Source of the DNA: Patescibacteria group bacterium
GTDB taxonomy: Bacteria; Patescibacteriota; Minisyncoccia; Phycocordibacterales; PALSA-1337
NCBI GenBank assembly: GCA_038065415.1
Contig: JBBTRA010000001.1
Coordinates: forward strand, 7,894 to 71,893
DNA length: 64,000 bases
Reading direction: 5' to 3'
In this document: piece by piece, positions 48,368 to 57,455 of the stretch
Position numbering within the stretch: position 1 is the first letter of the stretch
How the letters are laid out: each line of letters starts with the position of its first letter
The notes under the pieces: generated by a model
The model's database searches: none
Told to the model about the DNA's origin: nothing
What the model saw: the letters and a program-made list of their open reading frames with translations, nothing else
Made by a program: the position numbers and the translations under genes

Positions 48368-49561
48368 TCATTTTTCCTGCATAGGCTGTATAAAACGGGC
48401 AAAATCATGCTTATGGGTATGGGATACACGATACAGTCCCGGGCCGAAGAATGCATCATCCCACATAGGAAGGACTCCTGCTAGATACCATTCATTGACC
48501 TTCCGCTTGAGTGGATCCCAAAAACGAAACTTCTTCTGAACTATATATGGCTGAAGCAGTGTATCAGGACGTTTGAGAATAGCTTTCCAAACTGCAGGCT
48601 CCTTTTCTTTGCCGATATATAACCCATCGGCTTTTCCTGAAATCGCTTTCTTCCCTACCCATTTGGATCGATCTTTCTCGGCTTTCGAGAATATTTTTGG
48701 ATGCGTGTCACTCGTATATGTCGGGATCACGAACCCTGTGAGCAAAGCTGTTTCAGATGCGGTCAGATATCTCCTCATGATGCGGACATCTGACAGGACC
48801 GAGAGGAGCCTCTTGTCATGGACGATGAATAGCGTACGCGGGTCATTGAGGATGGTGGTGCCCGATATGATCGCATCACAAATAACCTTCAGGTGTTTCT
48901 CCACCTCATCCTGATGGAGCTCGAGCACTACGGTTGGATACTTTTTGAGAATCTTCTTCAGATCTTTCACCCCGAAAAGTTGTGCGCTCGGATATTCCAA
49001 GAGAAATGAGTGGACATCGTATCCATCTTCACGGTCTTTGATCACAGGCACATCTTGTGTACCAAATCGCTCCTTCATACTGTTTTTGAGATTCTGTATC
49101 CCGCGCATCTGAGAATACATAGGAAAAAGACTTTGGAATGCTTCGTTCATATATATGCTCATGAAGAACCCATTGAAGATGAACCGAGCATTGATCTCAC
49201 ACAAGAGCGGCTGTCCGACTTTCGTATAGATATAATCGGGTCTGATAGCACCGACCCGATATGGACACGAGGATATCCGGCGAAGCTGGGTCGCTACTTC
49301 TTTGGCAAGGGGAACTCTTTTCTGTATATCCGTATCACTGAAATAGTTTTCGACTATTCCGGTAAGTGCTTTGTGAAGAACCCTCTGCACCTGCACAAAT
49401 GTGTCAATCTCCTTCCGTGAATGCACTATCGGAAATGGATAGAACTCATCGGCATATCCGTTGCGAAAAAGTGCTTTGGGAGAGAGCTTCTTGATCAGCT
49501 TGAACCGCGTGTCTACATATCCATCAACTGTGATCGTTTTTGGGATTCGGAAATAGGGCAT
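48368..49561 (-). CDS. Hypothetical protein, possibly an ATP-grasp-like ligase
   Basis: 397 aa. LLCEINARF resembles the ATP-grasp E-x-N metal-binding motif. The evidence is otherwise weak. Confidence 0.35.
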   Translation of the reverse strand: MPYFRIPKTITVDGYVDTRFKLIKKLSPKALFRNGYADEFYPFPIVHSRKEIDTFVQVQRVLHKALTGIVENYFSDTDIQKRVPLAKEVATQLRRISSCPYRVGAIRPDYIYTKVGQPLLCEINARFIFNGFFMSIYMNEAFQSLFPMYSQMRGIQNLKNSMKERFGTQDVPVIKDREDGYDVHSFLLEYPSAQLFGVKDLKKILKKYPTVVLELHQDEVEKHLKVICDAIISGTTILNDPRTLFIVHDKRLLSVLSDVRIMRRYLTASETALLTGFVIPTYTSDTHPKIFSKAEKDRSKWVGKKAISGKADGLYIGKEKEPAVWKAILKRPDTLLQPYIVQKKFRFWDPLKRKVNEWYLAGVLPMWDDAFFGPGLYRVSHTHKHDFARFIQPMQEK

Positions 49562-49573
49562 GATACTACAATC

Positions 49574-49930
49574 TTATTTTTCTGTATTCTGTTTGACCCT
49601 GAACTTCACGATCTTGGTGATCAGTCCGAATGGAATCGGCTTGTCCAAAGGGAATTTGACGGTACCTTTGGATGTTTCGTATTTCGACAGCTCTTTTTTG
49701 AATGCCGCAATAGCACCTGAACCGGGATACAGCCCTATATGATACTCGTATCCCCCGAAGTGGATGAGGTTTCCCTTCAGTACAAAAGTTGGGATACCAT
49801 ACTTGATCGCCTCCTCCGCTTTTGGTGCCGCTCTATGGATAGTCGCACGAATCTGCTGAAGAAGAGCTTGCGTCTTCGCAGGATAGTTCGCAATATAGAA
49901 ATCTATGGTTTTGTAACTCTTCATTTTCAT
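49574..49930 (-). CDS. DUF1801 (YdhG-like) domain protein
   Basis: 118 aa. Starts MKMKSYKTIDFYIANYPAKTQALLQQIRATI, which is typical of the family. Confidence 0.55.
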   Translation of the reverse strand: MKMKSYKTIDFYIANYPAKTQALLQQIRATIHRAAPKAEEAIKYGIPTFVLKGNLIHFGGYEYHIGLYPGSGAIAAFKKELSKYETSKGTVKFPLDKPIPFGLITKIVKFRVKQNTEK

Positions 49931-50036
49931 GACGCTATCTTAGCATGAGTCGTACTATATTGACCTCCCCTCTTCCCGTAGGACAAATCTATACAAATAC
50001 ATCATTGCATGATAGAATTTTCGCAGATACCCTCAT

Positions 50037-50486
50037 ATGAAAACTCGCGCATGGATTCCTTTCGCCCTTGCAGTCGCATGCTTGGCACCAAGTCTGGCAT
50101 ACGCTGAACCGTTTGATTCCCACGATGTAACTCTCGTGGTTCATACCATCGATGACGCAGATGTCCCCGACGTGGTACTGCTCGACGGGAATCTCCGTAT
50201 TCACATGGACACCAATACTCCGATATCCCTCCGGGATCTCGTACTATCATTCCCTACAGGACCAGGGGGTGCTCCATTCTATGAATACCCTCTGCCTCAA
50301 TCGGGGTGGGAAGATTCGGTTCCTGTCATCCTTTGGGATGATACACCGTTCGACCACCCACCCACATCAGCCGGATCTTCGGGAGACGATGAGAGTGTAG
50401 TATGCGAGGTCGTTGTACCAGAACCAACTACAGCGTCACTGCTTCTCTTGGCTGGTAGCACTTTCTTGTTCCGCAGACGTCGGTGA
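50037..50486 (+). CDS. Secreted protein with a PEP-CTERM sorting signal
   Basis: It has a signal peptide. The C-terminus is VVPEPTTASLLLLAGSTFLFRRRR, i.e. VPEP, a TM helix and an Arg cluster. Confidence 0.7.
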   Translation: MKTRAWIPFALAVACLAPSLAYAEPFDSHDVTLVVHTIDDADVPDVVLLDGNLRIHMDTNTPISLRDLVLSFPTGPGGAPFYEYPLPQSGWEDSVPVILWDDTPFDHPPTSAGSSGDDESVVCEVVVPEPTTASLLLLAGSTFLFRRRR

Positions 50487-50572
50487 TTCTATCACCGTAC
50501 AACGCATCAGGCATAGTCTCACACAAGGACTATGCCTGATTTTTATTATAGCGAATGGACTGATTCTGAAAA

Positions 50573-50968
50573 CTACAAAATAGGTTGTCGTGGCTTCTTG
50601 AGTTTGCCACCGAACCATACGAGTGGAAATGCGGTCACCGCGAGAGCTATGGGATACCAGTGCTGTGACAGATCCCAACCGACAACAACGCCAGCAATAC
50701 CTCCGATCGTCCCGAGGACTCCCAGTGCCACAACATGACGCATCGGGTAATTCGGCGCAAGACGAGCAGTCACATAACCTCCAACTACGGCATAGATGCT
50801 CCTATAGATGAATGCCAGTACAAGCATCCATGTCACAAAAAGCCCCACCTCCGTTGGTGCGGGAAAAATACCGAGCATTTCCAGTATCGTGTCGGTGCCA
50901 ATGGAAAGGAATGCCACTGCAGCGAATCCTGCGAGCACTGCACCAATGCTTTTGAAGATGTTTTTCAT
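50573..50968 (-). CDS. Small integral membrane protein
   Basis: 131 aa with four predicted TM helices. Confidence 0.5.
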   Translation of the reverse strand: MKNIFKSIGAVLAGFAAVAFLSIGTDTILEMLGIFPAPTEVGLFVTWMLVLAFIYRSIYAVVGGYVTARLAPNYPMRHVVALGVLGTIGGIAGVVVGWDLSQHWYPIALAVTAFPLVWFGGKLKKPRQPIL

Positions 50969-51022
50969 ATATGTGTATTATACTATACTGCTTCAATATA
51001 TAGCGTGTTAAGATAATTATAT

Positions 51023-51505
51023 ATGAACTCAATACCAAAAAATACAATCTGTCTGTGGTTCGATAAAGATGCGTTCGATGCAGCGACCTTCTATGCAGCC
51101 ACGTTCCCAGATAGCGCAGTAGGTGCCGTTTACCATGCGCCCTCTGACTTCCCCAGTGGTAAGAAAGGTGATGTGCTCACCGTAGAATTCACCGTCTGCG
51201 GGATTCCGTGTATCGGCCTGAATGGTGGTCCAACCTTCAAACAGAGTGAGGCGTTTTCCTTTCAGATCGCGACGGACGACCAGGAAGAAACAGATCGTTA
51301 TTGGAACGCGATCGTCAACAATGGCGGAAAGGAAAGCGAGTGCGGGTGGTGCAAAGATCGCTGGGGACTATCTTGGCAGATCACACCACGCACACTGAGT
51401 GAAGCTTTTGCGGCTGGCGGTGACGAAGCAAAGCGTGCTTTCGAAGCGATGATGACTATGGGAAAGATCGATGTTGCGGCTATTGATGCGGCGAGACGAG
51501 GTTGA
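51023..51505 (+). CDS. VOC/PhnB-like protein (3-demethylubiquinone-9 3-methyltransferase-domain family)
   Basis: It has ICLWFD and ECGWCKDRWGLSWQI, which are typical of the PhnB-like VOC family. Confidence 0.65.
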   Translation: MNSIPKNTICLWFDKDAFDAATFYAATFPDSAVGAVYHAPSDFPSGKKGDVLTVEFTVCGIPCIGLNGGPTFKQSEAFSFQIATDDQEETDRYWNAIVNNGGKESECGWCKDRWGLSWQITPRTLSEAFAAGGDEAKRAFEAMMTMGKIDVAAIDAARRG

Positions 51506-51564
51506 GGCATACTATTTCTCACCATGCGATTAGGGGCCGTAATCACATTACCAGAAGATGCTTA

Positions 51565-52551
51565 TTAGAAATTAGCTTCCAGTTCTTTATATAGATTACC
51601 TTTAATAGCCAGCTCCATGATCCGTATTTCGCTTGTAATAAAATGATTAGCTCGATCTGAATGCTGGTTGTAATACATATCCTCTACCCATGCACTCATA
51701 GCCATTTTAGCAATTCTCATGTGTATACCTCTCATTAATTCTTCTGCACCTATTGAGCACATCGTTCGATACCCTTTCAAAAACTCTTTCATTGCACGCA
51801 AATTCTGATTTAGATCTGTACTCTGCTGAAAACAAATATAGAAAATGGCGCGTGCTACCTCATAGGATCGAGGAGCAAATTCGGTCTTTTCCCAATCACA
51901 TATGCCGATTATTTTTCTACTAGCAGAATCAATCATTATATTCCCCGTCTGATAGTCTCCATGAGTTATCGTGTCATTTGGTAGAAATATGGAATCAATG
52001 TGCTGTAACACGTCAAGCTTAAAATCGATGTATTCCAGCATCAAACCATCGGTCTCATTAGGACTGGTTTTGTCTAAAATCAATTTTCTGAAGTTCCCAA
52101 GTCGGTCACTAATAATTTCGGGTGAAGGCCTGCCGAATTCCTTGATCTTCAAAGAGATTGGAGGGTGTTCCTTGCCGACTATATGTATCTTTCCCAACAT
52201 TGCACCCATGTTTAGATAATCCTCCAAAGAGTAAGCATGACTCCTATCGCTTTCTACATACTCATAGAGAGTATACAGTTCATGATCTCCTGCTACACAA
52301 ATCTCACCTTGAAGCGTCGTTCGCATTGCAATGGCGGGAATCCCCTTCAATTTCATCCACGATTCAATCCCATAAATTTCAGGAATTTTGGTTCGGGATT
52401 TCTCTCTTACTGATTTAACAAAATATCTGCCAGAATCTGTGGTGATTATATAATTTTCATTAAGTACCCCTTCTGCCACAACATCAATTGAAGTATACGT
52501 GCCTAAGCCGTATTGCTCACACACGCGTTTTATATCATCGGGTGAGATCAT
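51565..52551 (-). CDS. APH/choline-kinase-family phosphotransferase
   Basis: It has the Brenner motif (ITHGDYQTGNIMID) and DWEK. GC is about 40%, below the window mean. Confidence 0.65.
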   Translation of the reverse strand: MISPDDIKRVCEQYGLGTYTSIDVVAEGVLNENYIITTDSGRYFVKSVREKSRTKIPEIYGIESWMKLKGIPAIAMRTTLQGEICVAGDHELYTLYEYVESDRSHAYSLEDYLNMGAMLGKIHIVGKEHPPISLKIKEFGRPSPEIISDRLGNFRKLILDKTSPNETDGLMLEYIDFKLDVLQHIDSIFLPNDTITHGDYQTGNIMIDSASRKIIGICDWEKTEFAPRSYEVARAIFYICFQQSTDLNQNLRAMKEFLKGYRTMCSIGAEELMRGIHMRIAKMAMSAWVEDMYYNQHSDRANHFITSEIRIMELAIKGNLYKELEANF

Positions 52552-52688
52552 ATGTTTTGGATTGATACTAAAATTGTAACAAACTTATGTGCTGGCGTCT
52601 TTGAGCAAGAGCCGTAGTCGGTCAAGCCCAGTAAGGTTATCTTTAACACTTTTATCTTACCATTTCGACGGTCTTTGAGCACTCTATT

Positions 52689-53810
52689 TTAGTCGCTTAA
52701 TTTTTCTACAAAATAACCAACTCGCAGCTTGTTTAGACTTAGTAATTCTTTTCTAAACATTTGTATATGAACATTCAAATATTTTTTATCATTTGAAAAT
52801 ACAGACTTTGTTGCATTGAGATACTGACCAAAGTTCACTATTTGTACTAGGCTCGTGTTCTCATTCTCAATGATCCCTCCTTTCCTCTTTGATCTACAAA
52901 AAAATATGGCACGTGTCGGTGAGATCGGCATCATAATCCAGAGATCGTCTTTGTCTATATCCCACCACGCTGGATATTGCAGTATTTCACTTCGGTGGAA
53001 ATCTAAAAGTACAACCGGGTTGTCGGAGATGACAAATCTGTCGTCCATAGTTGCTGGCACGTCAATGATGTGGAAGTTTCTTCTGAAGATCTTTTCAGCA
53101 ATATGAGTGGCGATCTGATTAGATAATGAGCCAATGTGGTTTTTTGCACCAGCTATTTTAAGATTGGATTTGTGTTTTAGAAGATCGTCTATCGTTGCAC
53201 CCAAACCGTTGAGGACAATCTTTTTGTTCATCGATTCGTGAGTTCCTAGATCATCAATAATCAACCCTTTGTTTTCAAAGCAGAAAATCAAATACCTTTC
53301 TATTGCCGAATGAAATGCTGGGACTCGGGTAAGTTGAAAAGCAACAAACACAGCAAGTGTGGATTCCTCTAAGTAAGTTAGTTTAGGTTCTCCAGAAACA
53401 GTATTCAGATACTTGATGACCTGATTCCCGAAGTATTCAAGGTTCTCTGCAAATACTTTCTTCTCTATAAAATCAGATTGTTTACCGTCTTTATCCTTGA
53501 ACAAATAGAAGTCCTTTGCGGAAGCAACACCATTTATGCTTGTTTTCTCTATTTTGGGATTCTCAAAACTAAACTCCCACGCTTGACCCTTGTCAGTGCC
53601 ACTGTCCGCTATTCTAAACCGACGCAATATAAGCTGAGGTACATAGTGGTGTTCCTTATCTGTTTCGTTCGTATTAACGTACTCACCAAAATTTTCAAAC
53701 AATCCCATCAAGAAAAAAAGAGTTTTTGCCGACCAACGACTTTTACCCAGTCTGTATTTGAACGCGAGCAGGGTTATCTTACGTCCGATTTTAGCAAGAT
53801 ATTTTTTCAT
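52689..53810 (-). CDS. DUF4238-family protein (Rst_DUF4238-type candidate anti-phage protein)
   Basis: The N-terminal motif is EHHYVPQLILRRF, characteristic of DUF4238. About 373 aa, with roughly 33% GC. Confidence 0.6.
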   Translation of the reverse strand: MKKYLAKIGRKITLLAFKYRLGKSRWSAKTLFFLMGLFENFGEYVNTNETDKEHHYVPQLILRRFRIADSGTDKGQAWEFSFENPKIEKTSINGVASAKDFYLFKDKDGKQSDFIEKKVFAENLEYFGNQVIKYLNTVSGEPKLTYLEESTLAVFVAFQLTRVPAFHSAIERYLIFCFENKGLIIDDLGTHESMNKKIVLNGLGATIDDLLKHKSNLKIAGAKNHIGSLSNQIATHIAEKIFRRNFHIIDVPATMDDRFVISDNPVVLLDFHRSEILQYPAWWDIDKDDLWIMMPISPTRAIFFCRSKRKGGIIENENTSLVQIVNFGQYLNATKSVFSNDKKYLNVHIQMFRKELLSLNKLRVGYFVEKLSD

Positions 53811-54816
53811 CTTTAAGTGTTTTGTTGTGTCCGCAGGCGAATGCAAAAAAGATACCTTCGGAAGTGTTCTTCGTTTCCATTACCATAAGGGCTGTGCCAC
53901 AGAATGGGCAAGCATCATCGACCAAACTATTTAACTCCTTTGCTTCTGTAGTCTGATCGCCTGATTCTTTTGTTAGTTTTTCTTTGACGAGAACAATCAT
54001 CTGGTCTTTCCACTCCTGCATATTCTTTACAAGTTTGTGATCCACATTTTCGACAATGCCCTCTTTCGTCAAAACTTTGTAACTTGGATCAAGTGTCTTG
54101 CGTGTTCTTCGCTCGTGTCCAAAATATGATGAAAGTAGTTCGTTGTGTGTGAGCACCATAAAATCACCGATATACGAGCCGACACTCATTGCACTCTCGC
54201 TTATTTTTTGAGTTATCTTTTCGACTCCCTTTTGATCCCATTTTCTCCAGTCATGGTTATGCTTGCTGGTGTATGACGATAGTTCACTGATAAGGCTGTG
54301 TATAAGACGTTTTTGATTCTCTATTTCTTTATTCAAAACGTTTTTAGCAGGCAGGATAGGTTCTAGTGCCGCCTCCCAGTCCTCTGTGATGTACATAAAC
54401 TGTAAAAACTTTTCAGAAAACTTTGAGTAATGGCTGTACAGTTCTTGTGTGTACGCCGTCCATTTTTGTTCACCTTCAAAAACACACTCCTGCTCGTTGT
54501 ATGGCAACCACATATCTTTGTACTGTTTTTTCAGTCCAAGTTTAAAAGGAATCATACTAGATTCCATCAAGATAAAAGGTGGACTGCTATGAGCATTTAG
54601 CTTACTGATCGCGTCTTGAGCTTCTTTGTGTATCTGAACAAACTGTTTGTAGATTTCGTATCTGACCTGAATCTTATGTTGCTGTTTAGTACCCCATTGC
54701 TGTATCAAGAGTGCAAAAATCCAACCGATAATAGCAAGAAGGATAGTAACGGTTAAAGTTAGCGTATCAATATTTTCTGAAAGAGTCTTAATATTTTCTA
54801 TTAATAGATTTGTCAT
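53791..54816 (-). CDS. Hypothetical protein with a TM anchor, a coiled-coil and a C-terminal zinc ribbon, overlapping the DUF4238 gene
   Basis: It has an N-terminal TM segment (LTLTVTILLAIIGWIFALLI). The C-terminus reads CPFCGTALMV...FACGHNKT. Its 3' end overlaps the DUF4238 start. Confidence 0.5.
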   Translation of the reverse strand: MTNLLIENIKTLSENIDTLTLTVTILLAIIGWIFALLIQQWGTKQQHKIQVRYEIYKQFVQIHKEAQDAISKLNAHSSPPFILMESSMIPFKLGLKKQYKDMWLPYNEQECVFEGEQKWTAYTQELYSHYSKFSEKFLQFMYITEDWEAALEPILPAKNVLNKEIENQKRLIHSLISELSSYTSKHNHDWRKWDQKGVEKITQKISESAMSVGSYIGDFMVLTHNELLSSYFGHERRTRKTLDPSYKVLTKEGIVENVDHKLVKNMQEWKDQMIVLVKEKLTKESGDQTTEAKELNSLVDDACPFCGTALMVMETKNTSEGIFFAFACGHNKTLKDEKISC

Positions 54817-54860
54817 TTTATTGTTTTCGAACTAGATATCTTTGAGCTAGCTCTTATTTG

Positions 54861-54931
54861 CTGGGGGACTTGGATTCGAACCAAGATACTGGGCTTCAAA
54901 GGCCCATGTCCTACCATTAGACGATCCCCCA
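54861..54931 (-). tRNA. tRNA-Gln (anticodon TTG)
   Basis: Manual cloverleaf fold with anticodon UUG. TGGGGGA/TCCCCCA acceptor, 3-bp D-stem, anticodon loop CUUUGAA, T-arm CTTGG-TTCGAAT-CCAAG, discriminator G. Confidence 0.85.
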
Positions 54932-54948
54932 AGGGTGCACGCACAATA

Positions 54949-55965
54949 CTACTGACAAATCCTGACTGTCGCAAGCTCGAGCGGCAAGACCTCGATCGTT
55001 GCTCTACGAATACCGTCAGCTGCCTCGAGGAGTGCTGCGAGCATGCCAGCAGTAACCGCCTTCTTCCCCGCTTGCGCCTCGATGAACGCCCAGTCGTCAT
55101 CGGACACCCGCTCTTGGATTGACGACTTCGAGGACGCAGAGTGCTGGAGCAGAAGGATGAACCTCATCTTCTCCAAGACCAGTGTCGAGAAGATGGCCAT
55201 GGAAATACCAGACTTCTCAGCTTCACTGAGGGCCGCGAGCGCCTGATCGGCATTCTTGGAGACGATATTCTCGACGAAGGCATTGACGAGCGAGGCCCGA
55301 GGAGCGCCCGTGATAGCCTCTACCTCAGTACGAGTCAGCTTCTTGTCCGACGATGATGAGATCACCTTCTCGAGCATACCCAGCGCATCACGGAATGATC
55401 CATCACCGAGAAGTGCAATCAGGTCAGAGGCGCCAGCATCCAGGTCGTATCCCTCTTTCTTGGCGATAGCGGCGACTTGCTTGCGGATGACTTCCCTTCC
55501 TGGCGTACGAAAGACGAATGTCTGACAGCGTGAGACGATAGTATCGGGAACCTTGTCGAGCTCAGTGGTCGCAAGAATGAAGATGACATGCTTAGGTGGC
55601 TCCTCAAGTGTCTTAAGGAGTGCATTCCACGCATCCTTGGAGAGCATGTGGACCTCGTCGATGATGTAAACCTTGAAGGGCGATGTGAACGGCAGGACCG
55701 AGACATGCTCACGAAGCTCGCGGATATCATCGATACCACGATTTGAGGCGGCGTCGATCTCATAGACATCCTCATCGGCGGTTTTCAATTCTCGGGCAAG
55801 AATGCGAGCGACGCTGGTCTTACCGGTGCCACGAGTACCCGAAAAGAGATATGCGTGGGCTGGGCGGTCATTGCCCACACTCTCACGAAGAGCGGTAACT
55901 ATCTGCTCCTGGCCAATAACTTCGGACCATTTTGCAGGGCGATATGTACGGTAGAGGACGGGCAT
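54949..55965 (-). CDS. dnaX: DNA polymerase III subunit gamma/tau (short form)
   Basis: Walker A (GTRGTGKTS), DEVHML and sensor SRCQ. 338 aa, covering the clamp-loader AAA+ module and lid only. Confidence 0.8.
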   Translation of the reverse strand: MPVLYRTYRPAKWSEVIGQEQIVTALRESVGNDRPAHAYLFSGTRGTGKTSVARILARELKTADEDVYEIDAASNRGIDDIRELREHVSVLPFTSPFKVYIIDEVHMLSKDAWNALLKTLEEPPKHVIFILATTELDKVPDTIVSRCQTFVFRTPGREVIRKQVAAIAKKEGYDLDAGASDLIALLGDGSFRDALGMLEKVISSSSDKKLTRTEVEAITGAPRASLVNAFVENIVSKNADQALAALSEAEKSGISMAIFSTLVLEKMRFILLLQHSASSKSSIQERVSDDDWAFIEAQAGKKAVTAGMLAALLEAADGIRRATIEVLPLELATVRICQ

Positions 55966-55990
55966 AGGGGTAGTTTACAGCCAAACCGGG

Positions 55991-56023
55991 AAATTGAAAA
56001 CCCGCCAGAGGCTGAATGGCGGG
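55991..56023 (-). terminator. Intrinsic terminator upstream of dnaX
   Basis: Minus strand: CCCGCCA-TTCAGCCTC-TGGCGGG hairpin followed by TTTTCAATTT. Confidence 0.65.
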
Positions 56024-56373
56024 TGAAAATCTTTCCATCTTACGGAGATGAGAGATTTGGTTAAGGATGAAGCATCGTCAGCTTGTACGTCGGTTCTCGA
56101 TGCTATGAGTCGCGCCTTCGATCAACCGGGTCTGATGGTGAGGGGAGTTGCAATCGGAGAGCCGCGAGCGGCGCCGATCGCAAAACCGTAAGTATTTCCT
56201 TCCATAGGTAGTCCTTCAGTGTTGCGGCGTTGTGTCTTATCGACATGTTGCTCCATACGACTGGGTCCCCGGAGACAGGAGAGGTGCAAAAAGCCTTCTC
56301 ATCGACCGATGCGTTCTTGAAGAGCTGATTGCGGATTCAGTCAAAATACTAGCATGGCCTCAAAGAAAATCAA

Positions 56374-57417
56374 CTATCCTTGGAGATACTCATCCACTAT
56401 CTTCTTAACCTCCCTGTAACCACTCGTCTCCATGAGCTTCACGCGAAGTTCCTTTGCTCCATCCCAACCAGAAACATATGCCTTGAAATGCTTCTTCATT
56501 ACAGCGAAGTTCTTGAGATGCTTGGCACCACAATATGTCTTATCGAACAATTTTGCATGCTCAAGCATGATCGCCAGACGCTCCTCGGGTGTTTTTGGCC
56601 TGGAGAACTTGGCTTTTGCGCCCAACTTCCTGATCGCCTCTTTGTCCTCAAAAAGCCACGGCGTCCCAAATATTCCCCTGCCGATCATCACACCGTCGCA
56701 CCCGTACTTTGCACACTTCTCATGTGCCTCAGCAACTGTCAGCACATCACCATTGCCAATAATATGGGTCCGCTCGCCGGGAGGGATGCCAGCTTGTACC
56801 TCATCACGCAACTTCACGATCTCAGGCATGAGTTCCCAATGCGCCGGCACATCTGACATCTCCTTGCGTGTGCGTAGATGGACGGTCAATGCAGGAAGTT
56901 TCTGCTCCAATAGTGTGCGCAGCCAATCCATCTCGACTCGATTGTAGCCAATGCGGGTCTTGACCGAGACCGGGAGACCGCAATCACGAGCGGCATTCAA
57001 CACCTCAAGTGCCTTCTTGGGATCCCTGATGTGCGCCGCGCCACCACCCTGTTTCTCCACAGCACGATCAGGACACCCCATATTGATATCGATACCATCG
57101 AAACCGAGTTCTGCGCAGAGCTGTGCAGCAGCCTTCATCGCTTCTGGGTGTCCCGTGAAGAGCTGTGCCACAATCGGGCGTTCTTTCTTGGAAAACAGAA
57201 GATCATGCATGAGTCGTGCCTTGCCAGGAGAATTCAGACCATCAGCAGAAACGAACTCGTTCCACATGACATCAGGCATGCCATATTTTGCAATCATTGA
57301 GCGAAAAGCGAAGTCTGTCACATTTGCCATAGGCGCAAGTACGAAAAAAGGCTTAGGAAGTGCGTCCCAGAATGTGCCACCTTTTCTTGATTTTTGCACG
57401 GACGACTTCTTGACCAT
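56374..57417 (-). CDS. tRNA-dihydrouridine synthase (Dus family)
   Basis: It has VLAPMANVTD, IDINMGCP and a C-terminal helical domain. 347 aa. Confidence 0.85.
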   Translation of the reverse strand: MVKKSSVQKSRKGGTFWDALPKPFFVLAPMANVTDFAFRSMIAKYGMPDVMWNEFVSADGLNSPGKARLMHDLLFSKKERPIVAQLFTGHPEAMKAAAQLCAELGFDGIDINMGCPDRAVEKQGGGAAHIRDPKKALEVLNAARDCGLPVSVKTRIGYNRVEMDWLRTLLEQKLPALTVHLRTRKEMSDVPAHWELMPEIVKLRDEVQAGIPPGERTHIIGNGDVLTVAEAHEKCAKYGCDGVMIGRGIFGTPWLFEDKEAIRKLGAKAKFSRPKTPEERLAIMLEHAKLFDKTYCGAKHLKNFAVMKKHFKAYVSGWDGAKELRVKLMETSGYREVKKIVDEYLQG

Positions 57418-57455
57418 AGAGGCAAAGTCTACAACGAAAATCGATCCGCGTAAAG

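Noticed and set aside
56024-56373. SRP RNA (ffs) upstream of dnaX
   Set aside because: The expected position is right, but I could not find the conserved helix-8 motif (GGAAG...AGCAGC) on either strand by eye. It is retained only as a generic ncRNA candidate.
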